Below, in pieces: positions 43,388 through 57,905 of a stretch of 64,000 nt of DNA. Positions within the stretch are counted from its first letter, which is position 1, and every line of letters starts with the position of its first letter. The stretch lies in the NCBI RefSeq assembly GCF_009914755.1, contig NC_060941.1; one strand, 5' to 3'. The notes below the pieces were generated by a model. The model was given only the letters and a program-made list of their open reading frames with translations. It did no database searches and was not told where the DNA came from. This stretch comes from the human T2T-CHM13v2.0 reference genome, Homo sapiens. The position numbers and the translations under genes were made by a program.

Positions 43388-46300
43388 TGAGGTCAAATAA
43401 TCCTCTTCCCTAATTACTGTGTAAACAAATGTAGACAAGGTAAGCACGAATGAGACAGGATGGCCTATATGGAGTAGTAAGGTGTTGAAGTTTAGAGGCC
43501 AGCCTAGAAGACTGAGGAAAAAAGGGTGAGAATTACTTGATAAGATTGAAGGTATGGTAATTGGAAGTGGGAGTATACTGAGATGGATATTTCAAATTCA
43601 GCAATATGAAGAGGCAGTGATCAAGTCAAAACTGTAGGTGGAAAATCAGCAAGTGGAGAAACTTAAGACGGAACACGGAGGAAATAGAGTGCAGATTAAA
43701 TAGAAATTGCTATGATAACATGGATTATATTCTGTGATTGCCATTGAGGTGGAGCCAAAGTGAAGGAGTAATGGAGAAAGTCTAGATTGCTAATTTCAAA
43801 TATTTGAGGTTATTCCAGTATTTATTATTGTTATTTATTATTTATTTATGTACATATGGTTCCTAGCAGAGTTTTTCAAGACTAAACAGGCTTTTGATCT
43901 ACAGTCAAAAGCATTGATGCTATTGAGAGGGAATGGAACAGAAAGGGACTGGGCAAGTTACAGTAATGACTGACAGGACTGCTATATTTTTAAAAGTAAT
44001 AATTTTAGATTTATAGAAAAGTTGCAGAGATCATACAGAGTTGACTCCTGGGTTTTGATTTGGAAGATGTGAGTGTTGGGAGGACAAAAGAGGAAGGATT
44101 ATACACAGTTTTCTATTTAGCAGAACGTGAATGGAACACATTGGAAAGAGGGCCTGGGCATAGGAAATAGGATGTCTAGAATCTAGGCAGCCATGCACAG
44201 TTTGGGTACTCCAGGTGTCAAGCCATGTGGCTCTGCTTCTAGGTGACCAAGTTCAATTGAAATCTCTAGTGGAAGGTGTGTCCCTCCTAGAGTTGGAGCA
44301 GACCTCACAATTTTTCACAAGTAAAAGAAGAGCAGAAAAACTTTTATACAGGTTTCAGATGTTTATATTATTGAACACTGTAAAATATAATTATTGTTTT
44401 CAAATGAATAAAAGATAAACCTGAGACTATCACAAAGATCTATAAAATAATAGCAGAACTTCTGGAAATGAAAGTACAGAAACTAAAATGGATAGTTGGA
44501 GTGGCAGATTGGGCACAGAGAAGTAATTAACTAGAAGACAGATCTGTAGAAATTCTTACGTAGCATGGAGACAAAAAGGTAGAAAATACAAAGGAGAGGG
44601 TTAAAATGTGGATTTGGCATACAACTAATACCACATGTTTGATAACCACAGTTTTAGAAGAAAGAAAAGAAAGTGCATAGGAAACTAAGAGGCAATGAGA
44701 ATTTTCCCCAAATTGATAAAGATAGCAACCCATAGATTAAAGAAACTCAATCCAAGCAAGAAAAAGTAACATCCACACTTAGATCAGTGAAATTGCAGAT
44801 CAACAAAGACAAAGACAAAAGAGATTAGCAATTAGACACTCTCAACAATAGAAGCCAAAGTACATTGAAATTATACTTTAAAAATGCTGGGGAAAACATT
44901 AAATAACTTCCAACATAGAATTCTGTATTGAACATACCTTTCAAGAATGAAAGCGAACTTCCCGGTCGCTGAAAACATTAGTGGCAGCCTAGCTACCTGT
45001 CTCCCGATATTTCATTGCAAAATAATGCAAGCACACGAAGGAAAAAGTATACAGAAATCACACTCTCAGCATAATTTGAAGTCAGAGAATTTTGAAACTT
45101 CAAACTGAGTAAGATGAGGAAAATCAGCAGATCGCAACATGGATTCTCACAGGCCCACCCCAGCAGCATCCCACAGGCTCTGTGGAGCGAAGCCAGATGG
45201 AGATAAACTGCAGGGAAGTCAGGAGAGGGACGCCAGAAAAAGAAAGTAATGTTCTAATCTTGGCCTAAAACTACTGCCAGAAAGACTAGGTCCACCTAAC
45301 TCTCAATCTCAAAAACATGTCCAAGCAGATCCGGGCAGAAACCAGAGGCAAGAGGCTTCAGAGTGAGCACAATTTAAAGGGGGCAGGTGTGACTTAATGA
45401 GGCAGTCTTTGAAACACACAGCTTCAAAAGAAAAGAAAAGAAGAGCGTCTAGTGAAGGGAAAAATGAAAAAAGGAGAAGCACCTTTGACAATTAGGTGAT
45501 GAAAAGAAGCAAAAGAAAATTAGGTGATGAAAAGAAGAAAAGGAGGAAATTCGAGTCCTGCTAGTCAAATGAGAACTGCAAAATCAGAGCACTTACAACT
45601 CCTCCCCGAACATGCCAACAAAAATACCTACTAAAGTATTTAATACCTTAGCTTTGCTCTATTATCAGAACAGATCTCAGCCATGAAACATGAAAATATA
45701 AATAGCATATATGAATGAATATTGATAAGATGAATTTGTCATTATTAGATGATATGCTTATATATATGGAAAATACAAAATAATCTACAGATAAATTAGA
45801 AATAATAAAATTTAGTTCCACTTCCAGCTGTGAGTGGATTGGCTTGAAATGGAAAGACTTCTCGTCAAGAGCAATTAGAAAAGCTAAATTTTATTTTAAA
45901 AAAAAACTGTTTGAAGGATTGGAGAACTACTAATGTAAGAAGGACTTATAGGATCAAGATCCCGGAACAAAAAGAGCTGAGAGGTGAGCATGATGGTAAA
46001 ACTTTCACCTCCAGGTATGTTTCAATTCATAGGTGACAGAAGAGAGGCCAGGCAAGAGACAGAGAACTCAAACAGAAGTTTTAGGCAGTATCACTGGGTG
46101 GAGGAAAATATGAGGTTAGCACCTGTCAAGGAGGTGGCACTGGTAAACAGTCTTCCAGTTAGGAAACCTGAATGGCTAGACATTAGAATTAAGGGTTAAC
46201 CAAAAATAGACCAATTTTAACAAACACAGAATCCCTCTTGGTATTAGTTCCACCCCATACTGGATTAAGCTGATCTGCCCCTACCTGAACTGCCTGCAAG

Positions 46301-46510
46301 AAGAGGCAGTAAATTCTTTCTGGAGAAAGACAACATCATCTAGATCCTCAAATGATTAATACAAAGTTGTATCTATAATATATAGCATCCAATCAAAAGT
46401 TCTTATTATCAAAAGACAAGATTAAATTGTGAATGATCAAGAAAAATAGAAACAATCCTATGGGAAGTACAGATTTCTCAGTTATCAGAAATTTTTAAAG
46501 AATGATGATG

Positions 46511-46819
<309 letters not shown>

Positions 46820-47119
46820 GCCGGGCGCAGTGTCTCATACCTGTAATCCCAGCACTTTTGGGAGGCTGAGGTGGGAGGATCACAAGGTCAGGAGTTCGAG
46901 ACCAGCCCAGGTAATATGGTGAAAGCCCATCTCTACTAAAAATACAAAACTTAGCCAGTGTGGTGGCAGGCACCTGTAATCCCAGTTACTTGAGAGGCTG
47001 AGGCAGGAGAATCCTTGAACTCAGGAGGTGGAGGTTGCAGTGAGCCGAGATCGTGCCACTGCACTCCAGCCTGGGCGACAGAGCAAGACTCTGTCTCAAA
47101 AAAAAAAAAAAAAAAAAAA
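46820..47119 (+). mobile_element. Alu (AluSg/Sc-like)
   Basis: Full dimer directly after the poly(A) of the previous Alu. Confidence 0.92.
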
Positions 47120-47175
47120 GAATGATGATGAATGAATTCAAGAAAGTAGAAGACAAGATGAAGAATTTTAGCAGG

Positions 47176-47467
47176 TTTTTTTTTTTAAGACAGGGTCTTA
47201 CTCTGTCACCCAGGCTGGAGTGCAGTGGTGTGGTGATGGCTCACTGCAGCCTTGACCTCCAGGGCTCAAGCAATCCTCCCACTTCAGCCTCTTGAGTAGC
47301 GGGACTATAGGGCGCATCACCACGCCTGGCTAATGTTTAAATTTTTTGTAGAGATGAGGTCCTACTATGTTGCCCAGGCTGGCCTCAAACTCCTGGACTC
47401 AAGCAATCCTACCACCTCAGCCTCCCAAAGTGCTGGGATTAGAGGCATGAACCACTACATCCAGCCC
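47176..47467 (-). mobile_element. Alu (AluJ-like)
   Basis: Antisense dimer. Confidence 0.9.
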
Positions 47468-47499
47468 GATAATTAAAACATTTAAAAATTAAATCAACA

Positions 47500-49450
47500 A
47501 TTTCACTTCTGGACAAAATGGATTAGCTGTATTTCTTTCTATTTTTCCCACTAAGCACAGCAAAAAAAAAAAAAATCATATATATATATTTTTAAAAAGA
47601 CTCAAAAAGGTGGAAAGAAGAAGGCAGACCAGCTAAGGACCTCAGAATGTAAAGAACATGAAGGTGAGTTCCCTGGGTTTCCTTTTTGTTTCCTATGTCC
47701 TATACTGGGTGCTGGAGAAACTGGCAACCTAGAAATGCCAAAGGGTGCAGACAAGAAAAGTCCAAAGGAAAATGGAAAGCCTTCTCTCTCCAGACAAGGG
47801 ATGAGGAAACAGGTATCCTAACAAGACAGAATACTTTTGGACAATAATTTCACCACTCTGGACAAATGCCACAGAAAAAACTGAGGCCCATCTTCACTCC
47901 TTGCCATCAAAGGCTGAGTGAGGAGGCTAGGCTTCCACACTCACCTGGCTCTAATGAAGCACTCCACCCATCCCCCACTTGGACTTCTCGTCCATTGCAC
48001 AGCAGCAATGAGGCTCCCTGCCATGGTGGCAGTGGGGACCACATGCGGAGCAGTAACAAGGCACCCCCTCCCTGGGGAATCAGTGAAGGCCAAGGGAGAG
48101 CCTGAACTTCCACTGCCACCTGGAAGTAGCAAGCATTTCCCTATGTCCCCCAGCAGCATAGTGTCAGAGGAAGTCTGCTTAAACAGAAGACATAAATAAG
48201 ATCAGAATCTCATAACAAATACCTGAAACATCAGGATACAATTTATAAAAATTGTCATTCCAATAGCCCAGAGAACTTCGACTTGAGTGAAAAAAAGACA
48301 ACAGACCCCAACATCAAGATGACACAGATGTTGGAATTATCTGATGAGGACTTTAAAGCAGCTCTAATAAAAATACTTTAGTGAGCAATTACAAACAAAC
48401 TTAGAACAAATGATAAAACGAGTCTCAGCAAAGAAACAGAAGATATAATGAGGAACTGAACAGAAGTTTTAGATATGAAAAATGCAATAATTGACATGAA
48501 CTCAACGAATAGGCTCAACAGCAGAATGGAGGGAACAGAGGAAAGACATACTTTCTGTCAGCAAATCTGAAGACAGAATAGTAGATAGTACCAAATCCGA
48601 ATGATGGAAAATAGACTGAAAAAAAATTAGCATAACTTCAGAGCTATGTGGGACATTAACACAAGATCTAGCATTCACGTCATCAGACTCCCAGAAAAAG
48701 AAGAGAAACAGTATGAGACAGAAAAAGTATTGGAAGAAACAATGGTTGAGAATCCCCCAAATTTGGCAGAAGACATAAATGTCAGAATCAAGAAGCTGAG
48801 GATATCCCAAACAGGATAAATCCAAAGAAATCTACACCAAGGCACATCATAACTTCTGAAAACTAAAGAACAGTTCTTGAAAGCAGTGAGAGAGAAAATG
48901 TATTTTAGCTACAGTGGAAAAACAATTCCAATTTTAGTCAATTTCTTATCTGAAACTATGGAGGCCAGAAGGAATTGGCACATTTTTCAAGTGCTGAAGA
49001 AAGAAATTGTCAACTTCAGATTGTATATCTGGCAACAATATCCGATCCCCCAAGAATGAAGGGAAATCAAGACATTCTCAGATGAAGAAAAACTAATAGA
49101 ATTTGTCACCAGCTGATCTACTCTTTAAAAAAAAAATGGCTGAGGGAAATTCTTGAAACAGAAAGGAAACGATTAGAAAAAGGAATCTTGGGACACTAGG
49201 AACGAAGAAGAGTAAAATATGCATAAATCAAGTAAGCTTTCCTCTTCTCTTGAATTCTCTAACTTATGCCTGACCCTTGAAGCAAATATTGTAACACTGA
49301 TGTGGTTCTCCTCAATGAATGCAGAGGAAATACTTAAAAACAACTATATTATAAATGAGTGGGGGAAAGAACTTTACAGGAATTAAGGTTTCTACACTTC
49401 ACTAGAATTAAGTCAGCACCGGTAGACTGTGATAATTTATGTATCTATAA
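47500..49450 (+). mobile_element. Old L1M 5' UTR/ORF1 region
   Basis: Degenerate ORF1-like motifs (gatgacacagatgttggaattatctga, caagaagctgag...ccaaacaggataaa, atgaagggaaatcaagacattctcagatgaa). Confidence 0.6.
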
Positions 49451-49899
49451 AGTGTGGGTTTGGACAGCAGATTTTATCAGGTTGAGGGCTCAGGCCGAGA
49501 GCATGTAGAAGCAGTTAGCTCACTCTTTCTAGATGTGGCGGCTGACAAGGACAAAGAGGGCTGGGACTAGAACTGCTGTAGACAAGGAAAGCAGCCAGTG
49601 GAGAAGAGCGCATACGCCAAAGAACGTGGATGATGGAGCACAGGCGGGGAGGTAGGATGAAGGAAATGGCTCTGGGAAGAAAGGGTCTCTATGTCTGAGA
49701 AAGGAAGAAATTGGCTGAAGATACAAATTAGAGACAAGGTGAGGGAAATTGAGGGAGTTGCCTGAGGATGATTCTCCTCCCAGTCAAGTAGGCACCTGCT
49801 GAGAGAAAGGATAAGCCGAGATGAGGGAGATGATGATGGTTTGGGGCGCAGAAAGCGGGAATGAAAGACAGGAGCTAAAGCCGAAGTTTTTTCTCTCTC

Positions 49900-50570
49900 G
49901 CTACTTAAAAGCTGTAAGATAACGAATTGATCAGCAGGTGGCAGTGTCCGCGGAGGCTCGCATCCCGTCGGCCCTGGCTCTCAAGGCGGAAACACGCACC
50001 ATGGTGACTTTCCGGCCTGCATCGCCTCTGCTCCCCTATCCCGGCTGACGTTGGACGACAAAGATGGCGGCAGGGACCAGCAGTTACTGGGAAGGTGAGG
50101 GCGAGAAGGCCTCCGGGTGCGTCCTACGAGGGTGAGAGGGGCTGAGTGAGGACAGATCTTGGGAGAAGCAGCACAGGAAAGAACCAGACTCCCGGAGCGG
50201 CCGAGCTGAGCAGCGGGGCTTGCCTAAGTGGGATCCCCGGGGCCTTGGGGATACCGAACGGTCTGGGGTAGGGGTCTGGCCTGGCCGGGGCGTGTGAGCG
50301 GGACGTGGGGCAGGGGTTGGGCAGAGTGGACAGAGCGGGGATGTAGAGGAAGAGGGCTCTCAATCGCCTGGGTAGAATTGTGTTGAGGGAGTAATGGAAC
50401 TCGGACGAAGGGGCTTGGGGTACGAACTCTGAGAGGAAACGAATGTTGAGGGAGAAGATCCAGAGCCCCGGAGACTGGAGGAGTCAGCGCATTGGAGCTG
50501 AGGTCACTATTGGAAAACTGAGTGGGAAAAGAGAAGGAGGAACTTGCATTCCGGTCCGTCGGAGGAAGTA
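49900..50570 (+). promoter_or_regulatory. GOSR1: GOSR1 CpG-island, TATA-less promoter / exon 1 region
   Basis: Only CpG-dense non-Alu stretch in the window; ETS-like TTCCGG 50010-50015, CRE half-site TGACGT 50046-50051, YY1 motif AAGATGGCGGC 50061-50071. Confidence 0.85.
50064..50094 (+). CDS. GOSR1: Golgi SNAP receptor complex member 1 (GS28) exon 1 coding part
   Basis: aagATGG Kozak context; MAAGTSSYWE(D); donor G|gtgagg. Confidence 0.95.
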
Positions 50571-51187
50571 TGAAGAGAATAGGAGACAGAATGTCTCTTA
50601 TTGGGTCTCCATGACAACTACAGGTTGGGGACTTCCAGGACTGGGTGTTTGAAGGAGGAGAAAATAACTTACCCTTCTGCTCTAGAGTCTAGAATCGGTT
50701 TTATTGAAAAAGTTGAGAGAACCTGTGTGAATTGCAGTTACATTTGCTATACTTCTCCCACCAAAAAAACCTTCCTGTGATTTGACAAATGCATTTGTTT
50801 AATTCCTGAAACTATAGTCGGATAAAGTGAGCTTACATAAAACTCATTCGTGGATTATGATGATCAACAAGAGCAGAGAAAGCTCACCTTTTTCTCCCAA
50901 CTGTCTCTTTGCTTTACAGCCGCATAGAAACTACTTTCCAAATTCCTTTGACCTGTTTTTATTGCTATACACTGAAGCCTCTAGAAACCACAGTATTGTC
51001 ACTATCAGCCCCTTGGTCTAAGAAACTCAATTCTAAATTTATCCAGATTTGCCTATCATACTTTCAAAATGCTTTTACTTATGTTTCCTACTAGAGAAGA
51101 CAATTATTCCAATCACAGAAAAGCGTGCTTATAGTTTAAAACATGTATTACAATGCCCATTTGAAATGTGTGTACCAGCTAGAAAAC

Positions 51188-51484
51188 TTTTTTTTTTTTT
51201 TTTTTGGAGACTCGCTATGTCGCCCAGGCTGGAGTGCGGTGGCGCTATCGATCTCGGCTCACTGCAGCCTCCGCCTCCTGCGTTCAAGCGATTCTCCTGT
51301 CTCAGCCTCCTTAGTAGCTGGGACTACAGATGCATGCCACCACGCCTGGCTAATTTTTGTATTTTTAGTAGAGACGGGGTTTCACCATGTTGGCCAGGAT
51401 GTTCTTGATCTCCTGACCTCGTGATCCGCCCGCCTCTGCCTCCCAAAGTGCTGGGATTACAGGTGTGACCCACCGCGCCTGGCC
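51188..51484 (-). mobile_element. Alu (AluSc-like)
   Basis: TSD GCTAGAAAAC at 51178-51187 and 51485-51494. Confidence 0.92.
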
Positions 51485-52131
51485 GCTAGAAAACATTTTA
51501 AAATTATGTAGAAGAGGCTACTGATATCTTTATTACTAGTCATTAGCCTGTGGTTTTTTGAAGCAGCATGCTATAATATTACAGCGGCTCATTACTGACA
51601 ACCTACTCTGTGCCAGCTGCTGTAAGCATATGATTACCAATACATAAGCAAACCCTGAAGGTAGGGGTTTAAAAAACAAGAAGCTGAAGTTCATAGGTTA
51701 AGTAGATTGTTGATAAATCATAGAGTCAGTAAGTGGCTGTGCCGAGATTCGAACTGGCATTTGGTCTCTGGGCAAATATGCTCCACTATGTTAACTACGC
51801 TTTCTATTTCTGGTTGAAAAGCATATTGAAATAATGTTTTGTATTCTTTTTGAAAGAGAGATTCTTATACCATTACCTCTGGTACTTCTGCCCTTTTATT
51901 TTAACCTTCACTTCACCATGAATGAGAATACTCGTATCTGTGTGTGGGTGTCCAGACTGTGGCTTCTGTCACGCAACCCTTAGATGCCAGACTGCTAAAC
52001 CAATTTCTCTACTTGCCTGTTTGCTTCTGCTATTAAAACTTATGTACTTATTTCTATCATACTCATATTCGACCTTGTTAGTAGCACATTGTTTATTGTT
52101 AGTTTTAGCCCTCCAAATTACTTTCAGTAAG

Positions 52132-52437
52132 TTTTTTTCTTTTTTTTAGATGGAGTCTCGCACTGTCGCCCAGGCTGGAGTGCAGTGGCTCAATCTCCAC
52201 TCACTGCAAACTCTGCCTTCCAGTGCCTTCCAGGTTCACGCCATTCTCCTGCCTCAGCCTCCTGAGTAGCTGGGACTACAGGCGCCCACCACCACGCCTG
52301 GCTAATTTTTTGTATTTTTAATAGAGACAGGGTTTCACCGTGTTAGCTAGGATGGTCTTGATCTCCTGACCTCATGATCCGCCTGCCTCGGCCTCCCAAA
52401 GTGCTGGGATTACAGGCGTGAGCCACTGCGCCTGGCC
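52132..52437 (-). mobile_element. Alu (AluY-like) with 10-bp internal duplication
   Basis: TSD TCAGTAAGTTTTTT; TGCCTTCCAG x2 at 52214-52233. Confidence 0.92.
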
Positions 52438-52464
52438 TCAGTAAGTTTTTTAAAGGCGGTTTTT

Positions 52465-52601
52465 GGCCAGGTGCGATGTCTCATGCCTGTAATTCTAGCA
52501 CTTTTGGAGGCCCAGGCAGGAGGGTCACTGGAGTTTAGGAGTTCGAGAGCAGCCTGGGCAACATTGTGAGAAAAAACAGAAAAGAAAAAAAGAAAGAAAA
52601 A
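52465..52601 (+). mobile_element. FLAM-like left Alu monomer
   Basis: Left arm followed by A-rich tail. Confidence 0.8.
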
Positions 52602-52653
52602 GGCAATTTTTGTGGTAACTTTTTTTCTTTATGTTCAATTGAGAAGTCATTTT

Positions 52654-52966
<313 letters not shown>

Positions 52967-53295
52967 TCATTTTGCTATTATGAAAAGAAGTTCATAAGCC
53001 TAATAAAGCTTTGGAACATAAAAAGCAAAATCCCTTTCAAAAGAATAATGGCTTCTTTCTTATAACATTAACTGGTAAGTTGATAATGCTGGTCATAAAC
53101 CATATTTTTAGTTCCTTTGTGATTTGTATTATCTTCTTGTTTTTCTCTGAATTGCAGAATTTTAGTTATTGCTATACAAATAGTTTCAGGAAGGATAGAA
53201 CAACATTTGTTTTCTAGCCATCTTTGGAGTAAAGCTGCGAAGTTGCATCTACCATTACTATTTCCCTTCTTGCCCCCTCTGAAGTTTATAAGTGA

Positions 53296-53931
<636 letters not shown>

Positions 53932-54487
53932 TAACTGTGTTTTTAAAGCATTAAAAAATAAACTAAAATATATAACTTCTGTAAGTTGGTCTATTGGTGA
54001 ATTTTTGGTGTTTTGTTTTGCCATTCATTGTTTTATTTTTTAGTGACTTATTAAAATTCTTCTGAATTCTCGAGACTAGCATTTATTTGGAATCCTTAGG
54101 CAAAGATTGTTACAGTGTCAGAAGAAACCTGCTAGAACTTCAGAATAAGTTTGTATCAAAAATATAAGTGTCTAATTCAGCCAGTGTAGGGAAAAGGTGG
54201 CTGATTTGCCCGTGTGGCATGTATTTCTTGTGTTTTTCAATTGCTAAATGGACCTGTGGATCTACCCAGGTGCCAGGTATACATACTGCTTTTCTGGTGT
54301 TTATTGTATTAGAGGGTATCTAATGCACTGTGTATCCTTGTTATTAATTATCAAAGCTATCTTTAATTTTGGTACTTTTTTGGGAAACTAGTGTATTACC
54401 ATATTAAATGTATGGAAAATATATTCTTATCTTTGAAGCTTATGCTCTCTGTAAGTCATCCACTTGTTTCAAGAAAATATTGGGAGT

Positions 54488-54628
54488 AGCCAGGCACAGT
54501 AGATGACGCGTGTAATCCCGGGACTTTAGGAGGTTGAGGCGGATGGATCACTTGAGCCCAGGAGTTCAAGACTAGCCTGGGCAACATGGTGAAACCCTGT
54601 CTCTAAAAAAAATAGAAATAAAAAAAAA
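54488..54628 (+). mobile_element. FLAM-like left Alu monomer
   Basis: Left arm plus A tail. Confidence 0.8.
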
Positions 54629-56853
54629 TTTTTTAATTAGGCAATATTTAAGACAGTTACAAAGAATAATATCATGAACCCCCATGACCCTATCTCCCAT
54701 TTTTAAAAAATGATAATTACTCATTCCACTGAAGCCCCTTATGGCACCCCACTTTCTCCCACCCCATAATCCACATATATTCTTACTGCATGTTTATATT
54801 CCTGAGCAATTCATAGTATTCTATTATGTTATATAGTATATATATAATATAGTTATTCTACAACTTTTTCTTTAACATTTTTGAGATTCAGCTATGGATT
54901 CATTTAACTCTGGTATATTCATTTGTAATTCATATGTAGTATTTTATGACTATCACAGTTTAACCATTTGATGATGGCCATTGTTTCTAATTTTTGCTAA
55001 TTAATAATAATTTTGATAGCTGACATAAGAGTGTTCATTATATGTTAGGTAAGAGCTTTCTATAAATGCTGCTGGGAACATTTTTACGCAGAATGTTTCT
55101 ATATACCTAGCGGTGAAATTGCTGGTAGCAGAGTTGTTGTTAATCCACACTTATTTTACATACTTTTTCAAAGATTAGAAGTGAGTAGGATATTTGTCAG
55201 CTAATAAAAACAATGAAATCTGAGCTTAGATTTGAATCTAGATCTATCTCCAGAGCCCACACTCTAAACCCTACTATAGTGTATACATTTGAACAAAAAG
55301 CTGATTTCAACACTATAGCCAAATTACTATTTCTTTTTCATAAGGACTCCTTGGTTGTAAAGGCAGCAAGGCCAACATTGACTCTAGGATCTAAAAATAA
55401 ATTACTAACACATCAAATAGATTGCATTGCTTTGGGCTTGGCTTTATTTAGCAAGTAAAGAGAATGAAGAATGTTCTTTCTATGCATTTTCTATGTTCTG
55501 TGTGCTTCATGAACTAATACTTTTGTTATTCCTCTAAAGGAAAAACTATCTTGAAAACATTTCCCAAGAAATTCTACCACAAACTGAAACTGGCTTTGTA
55601 GAATTACTTCAGCCTAACTCCCCTTCTAAATAAAAACCTAAGGCCATGAGGATCAGGATTTGATGTCTATTCTAAAGTGTCTTGTTTGATGCCCAGGTTG
55701 GAAGCATGTCACTATGAGTCAACTAAGCAATAACTAGAATATTATTTATTCCAGGCATCTTTCTTTCTTTTTTTTTTTTTTTTTAACTTTCTGTATTTTG
55801 AGAACTTCAAGGTCTATGAATCATTACCCACCTATAAGATGAATTAAATTTAACTGAATCCCAGTATTGTGAAGAATTAGTGTTTGGCCATTTCCCTTTA
55901 CTCTTACACTGTCCTGATGAATATATGAATACAATGAGTATAGAATAACCAGTAGTAGAGATTGCTCTCGTGTTCATTCATTTATTCAGCAGAAGTTTAA
56001 TGAGCATCTACTATGTGCCAGGCTGTATACTAGGTGCTAGGCATATATCTATGAATAAGACAGAGCAGTTTTTTCCTTCCTTCATGAAGCTTTAATTCTA
56101 TTGGCATATTGTTCTTTTTCATATATCTGGTAGAGGAGGATTTATATTAGTAGTCTACAGAGCATTTATTTAATACTTTTCATTTGCCACACCCAGGCAC
56201 TGTCACAGGGTAGCACAAAGTCTTCAGTAAGATTGGAGACTATAGTCATTGCCTGGGCATTTATCTGTGTCCAGTATAACTCTGATCTGTATTGAGCTGC
56301 TCATCAGATGCTAATACATACCTAACCTGATGAAGGTTAGTGGTGTTTTGGAAAAGGCAAAAGAAACACTGAGGACAGGTGGGTTTAGAATTTGAATCTG
56401 TCAAACCTAAGTTTCACTTGTAAAAAGATAGATTTTTGACTATTCAGATTTGAAAAGGCAATTTAACACAATTCTACAAAACAAAAGGATGATTGCATAC
56501 TGTAAGTGAAAATGGAGAAGATTAGTACCAAAGCATGCAGGACATGGCTGTATATATTGGATTTAAAGCCAGTTCCTGAGTATTCGTTAGCTAGTTATCC
56601 AATCTGTGGATCATTTAAACCTCAATCTTATTTCCTCTTGGTAAGAGTCAAGGAAAGAAGAGAGAATGTAATGTTGAGGTTGAAGGAACCATAATTCCTT
56701 TGGGGTAAAAATGTAAAAGATCGTTTCTCACAGACCCTATATAACATAATCCATAATTCATTTTATGGCTCCTATTAATCACCTTATTATTTTAAGTATG
56801 TTTTAAAGGACTGATTTGAGTAATGGATCCTCTTTAACTGAACTTCTTTTTAG

Positions 56854-56941
56854 TTCTGATACAACACCCCTTTTAAATGGATCAAGCCAAGACAGAATGT
56901 TTGAGACAATGGCGATTGAGATTGAACAACTTTTGGCAAGG
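56854..56941 (+). CDS. GOSR1: GOSR1 exon 3
   Basis: ttttag|T...AGG|gtaagt; SDTTPLLNGSSQDRMFETMAIEIEQLLAR. Confidence 0.96.
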
Positions 56942-57297
56942 GTAAGTGCTTTCTGTTAAATGGCTATTTTGCAAATAACTGTATACTTGTTACGTAGGAT
57001 CCTGGATTATATTGAGACAGACATGTTTATTGAAATTATCCATTCCATTCAATATGTGTACCTCCCCACACCACTTGAATTTTGATGACAGCCATTCTCA
57101 GGTGATATGATGTTATTTTGGTCTTTATGGATTATGTGGGGGAATGCTGAATTCTTACTTGCTCTCTTGTTTGTTTTTTGTTTTGTTTTGTTTTGTTTTG
57201 CTGTCAACCAAAAGGGCATATAGGCAAATAATTTGCTTTTAGCTGTTTATAGTGCTTAGTAAAATATTTTGATTGTTTTTTTTTTCTTTATTTCTAG

Positions 57298-57405
57298 CTT
57301 ACAGGGGTAAATGATAAAATGGCAGAATATACCAACAGTGCAGGTGTCCCCTCCTTGAATGCAGCCCTGATGCATACATTACAGCGGCATAGAGACATAT
57401 TGCAG
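57298..57405 (+). CDS. GOSR1: GOSR1 exon 4
   Basis: ttctag|CTT...CAG|gtaata; LTGVNDKMAEYTNSAGVPSLNAALMHTLQRHRDILQ. Confidence 0.96.
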
Positions 57406-57905
57406 GTAATATATTGGGCTCGAGATGTTTTCATTATCACAGGAGTTTGGGTTTTTTTTTTTTTAATCCCTGCATTGGATATGTGCACATATATTTAAAA
57501 GGACAAAGAGAAAAATCTGAGAAAATAAATGCCATGCTAAAGGGACTTGTTTTACTTTTTTTTGGGGTCACCATTATAAAATTCTGAAAATATCTAATAG
57601 CTCTTGCTATTTCTTGGCGAAGTTGAGTAATATTCATCACTGGGTACATATACTTCCACTATGGGAGACCTAGCTAGCTAGCTGTAACAGTGAAATAGCC
57701 AATGGTCATGTATAGACAATAACGTGGTGGGTAAGCATGTACTTTCAGCTAGCTTTGAAGATAATATGGAGGGGGAATTATTTACTATACTTAGTATATT
57801 GTTTAAGAAAACAGTAAATGTGTATGCACCAATAAAACTAAATAAACTTTTAAAGATTTAAATGGAGGATATGTTAAAAATATGGTAGTACAAATAGGAA
57901 GGCAA

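Noticed and set aside
50046-50309. Near-matches to UPRE (TGACGTGG) and the Golgi stress element (ACGTGGC): TGACGTTGG at 50046 and ACGTGGG at 50303
   Set aside because: Both are imperfect, and short motifs like these are common in CpG islands; attractive only because GOSR1 is a Golgi gene
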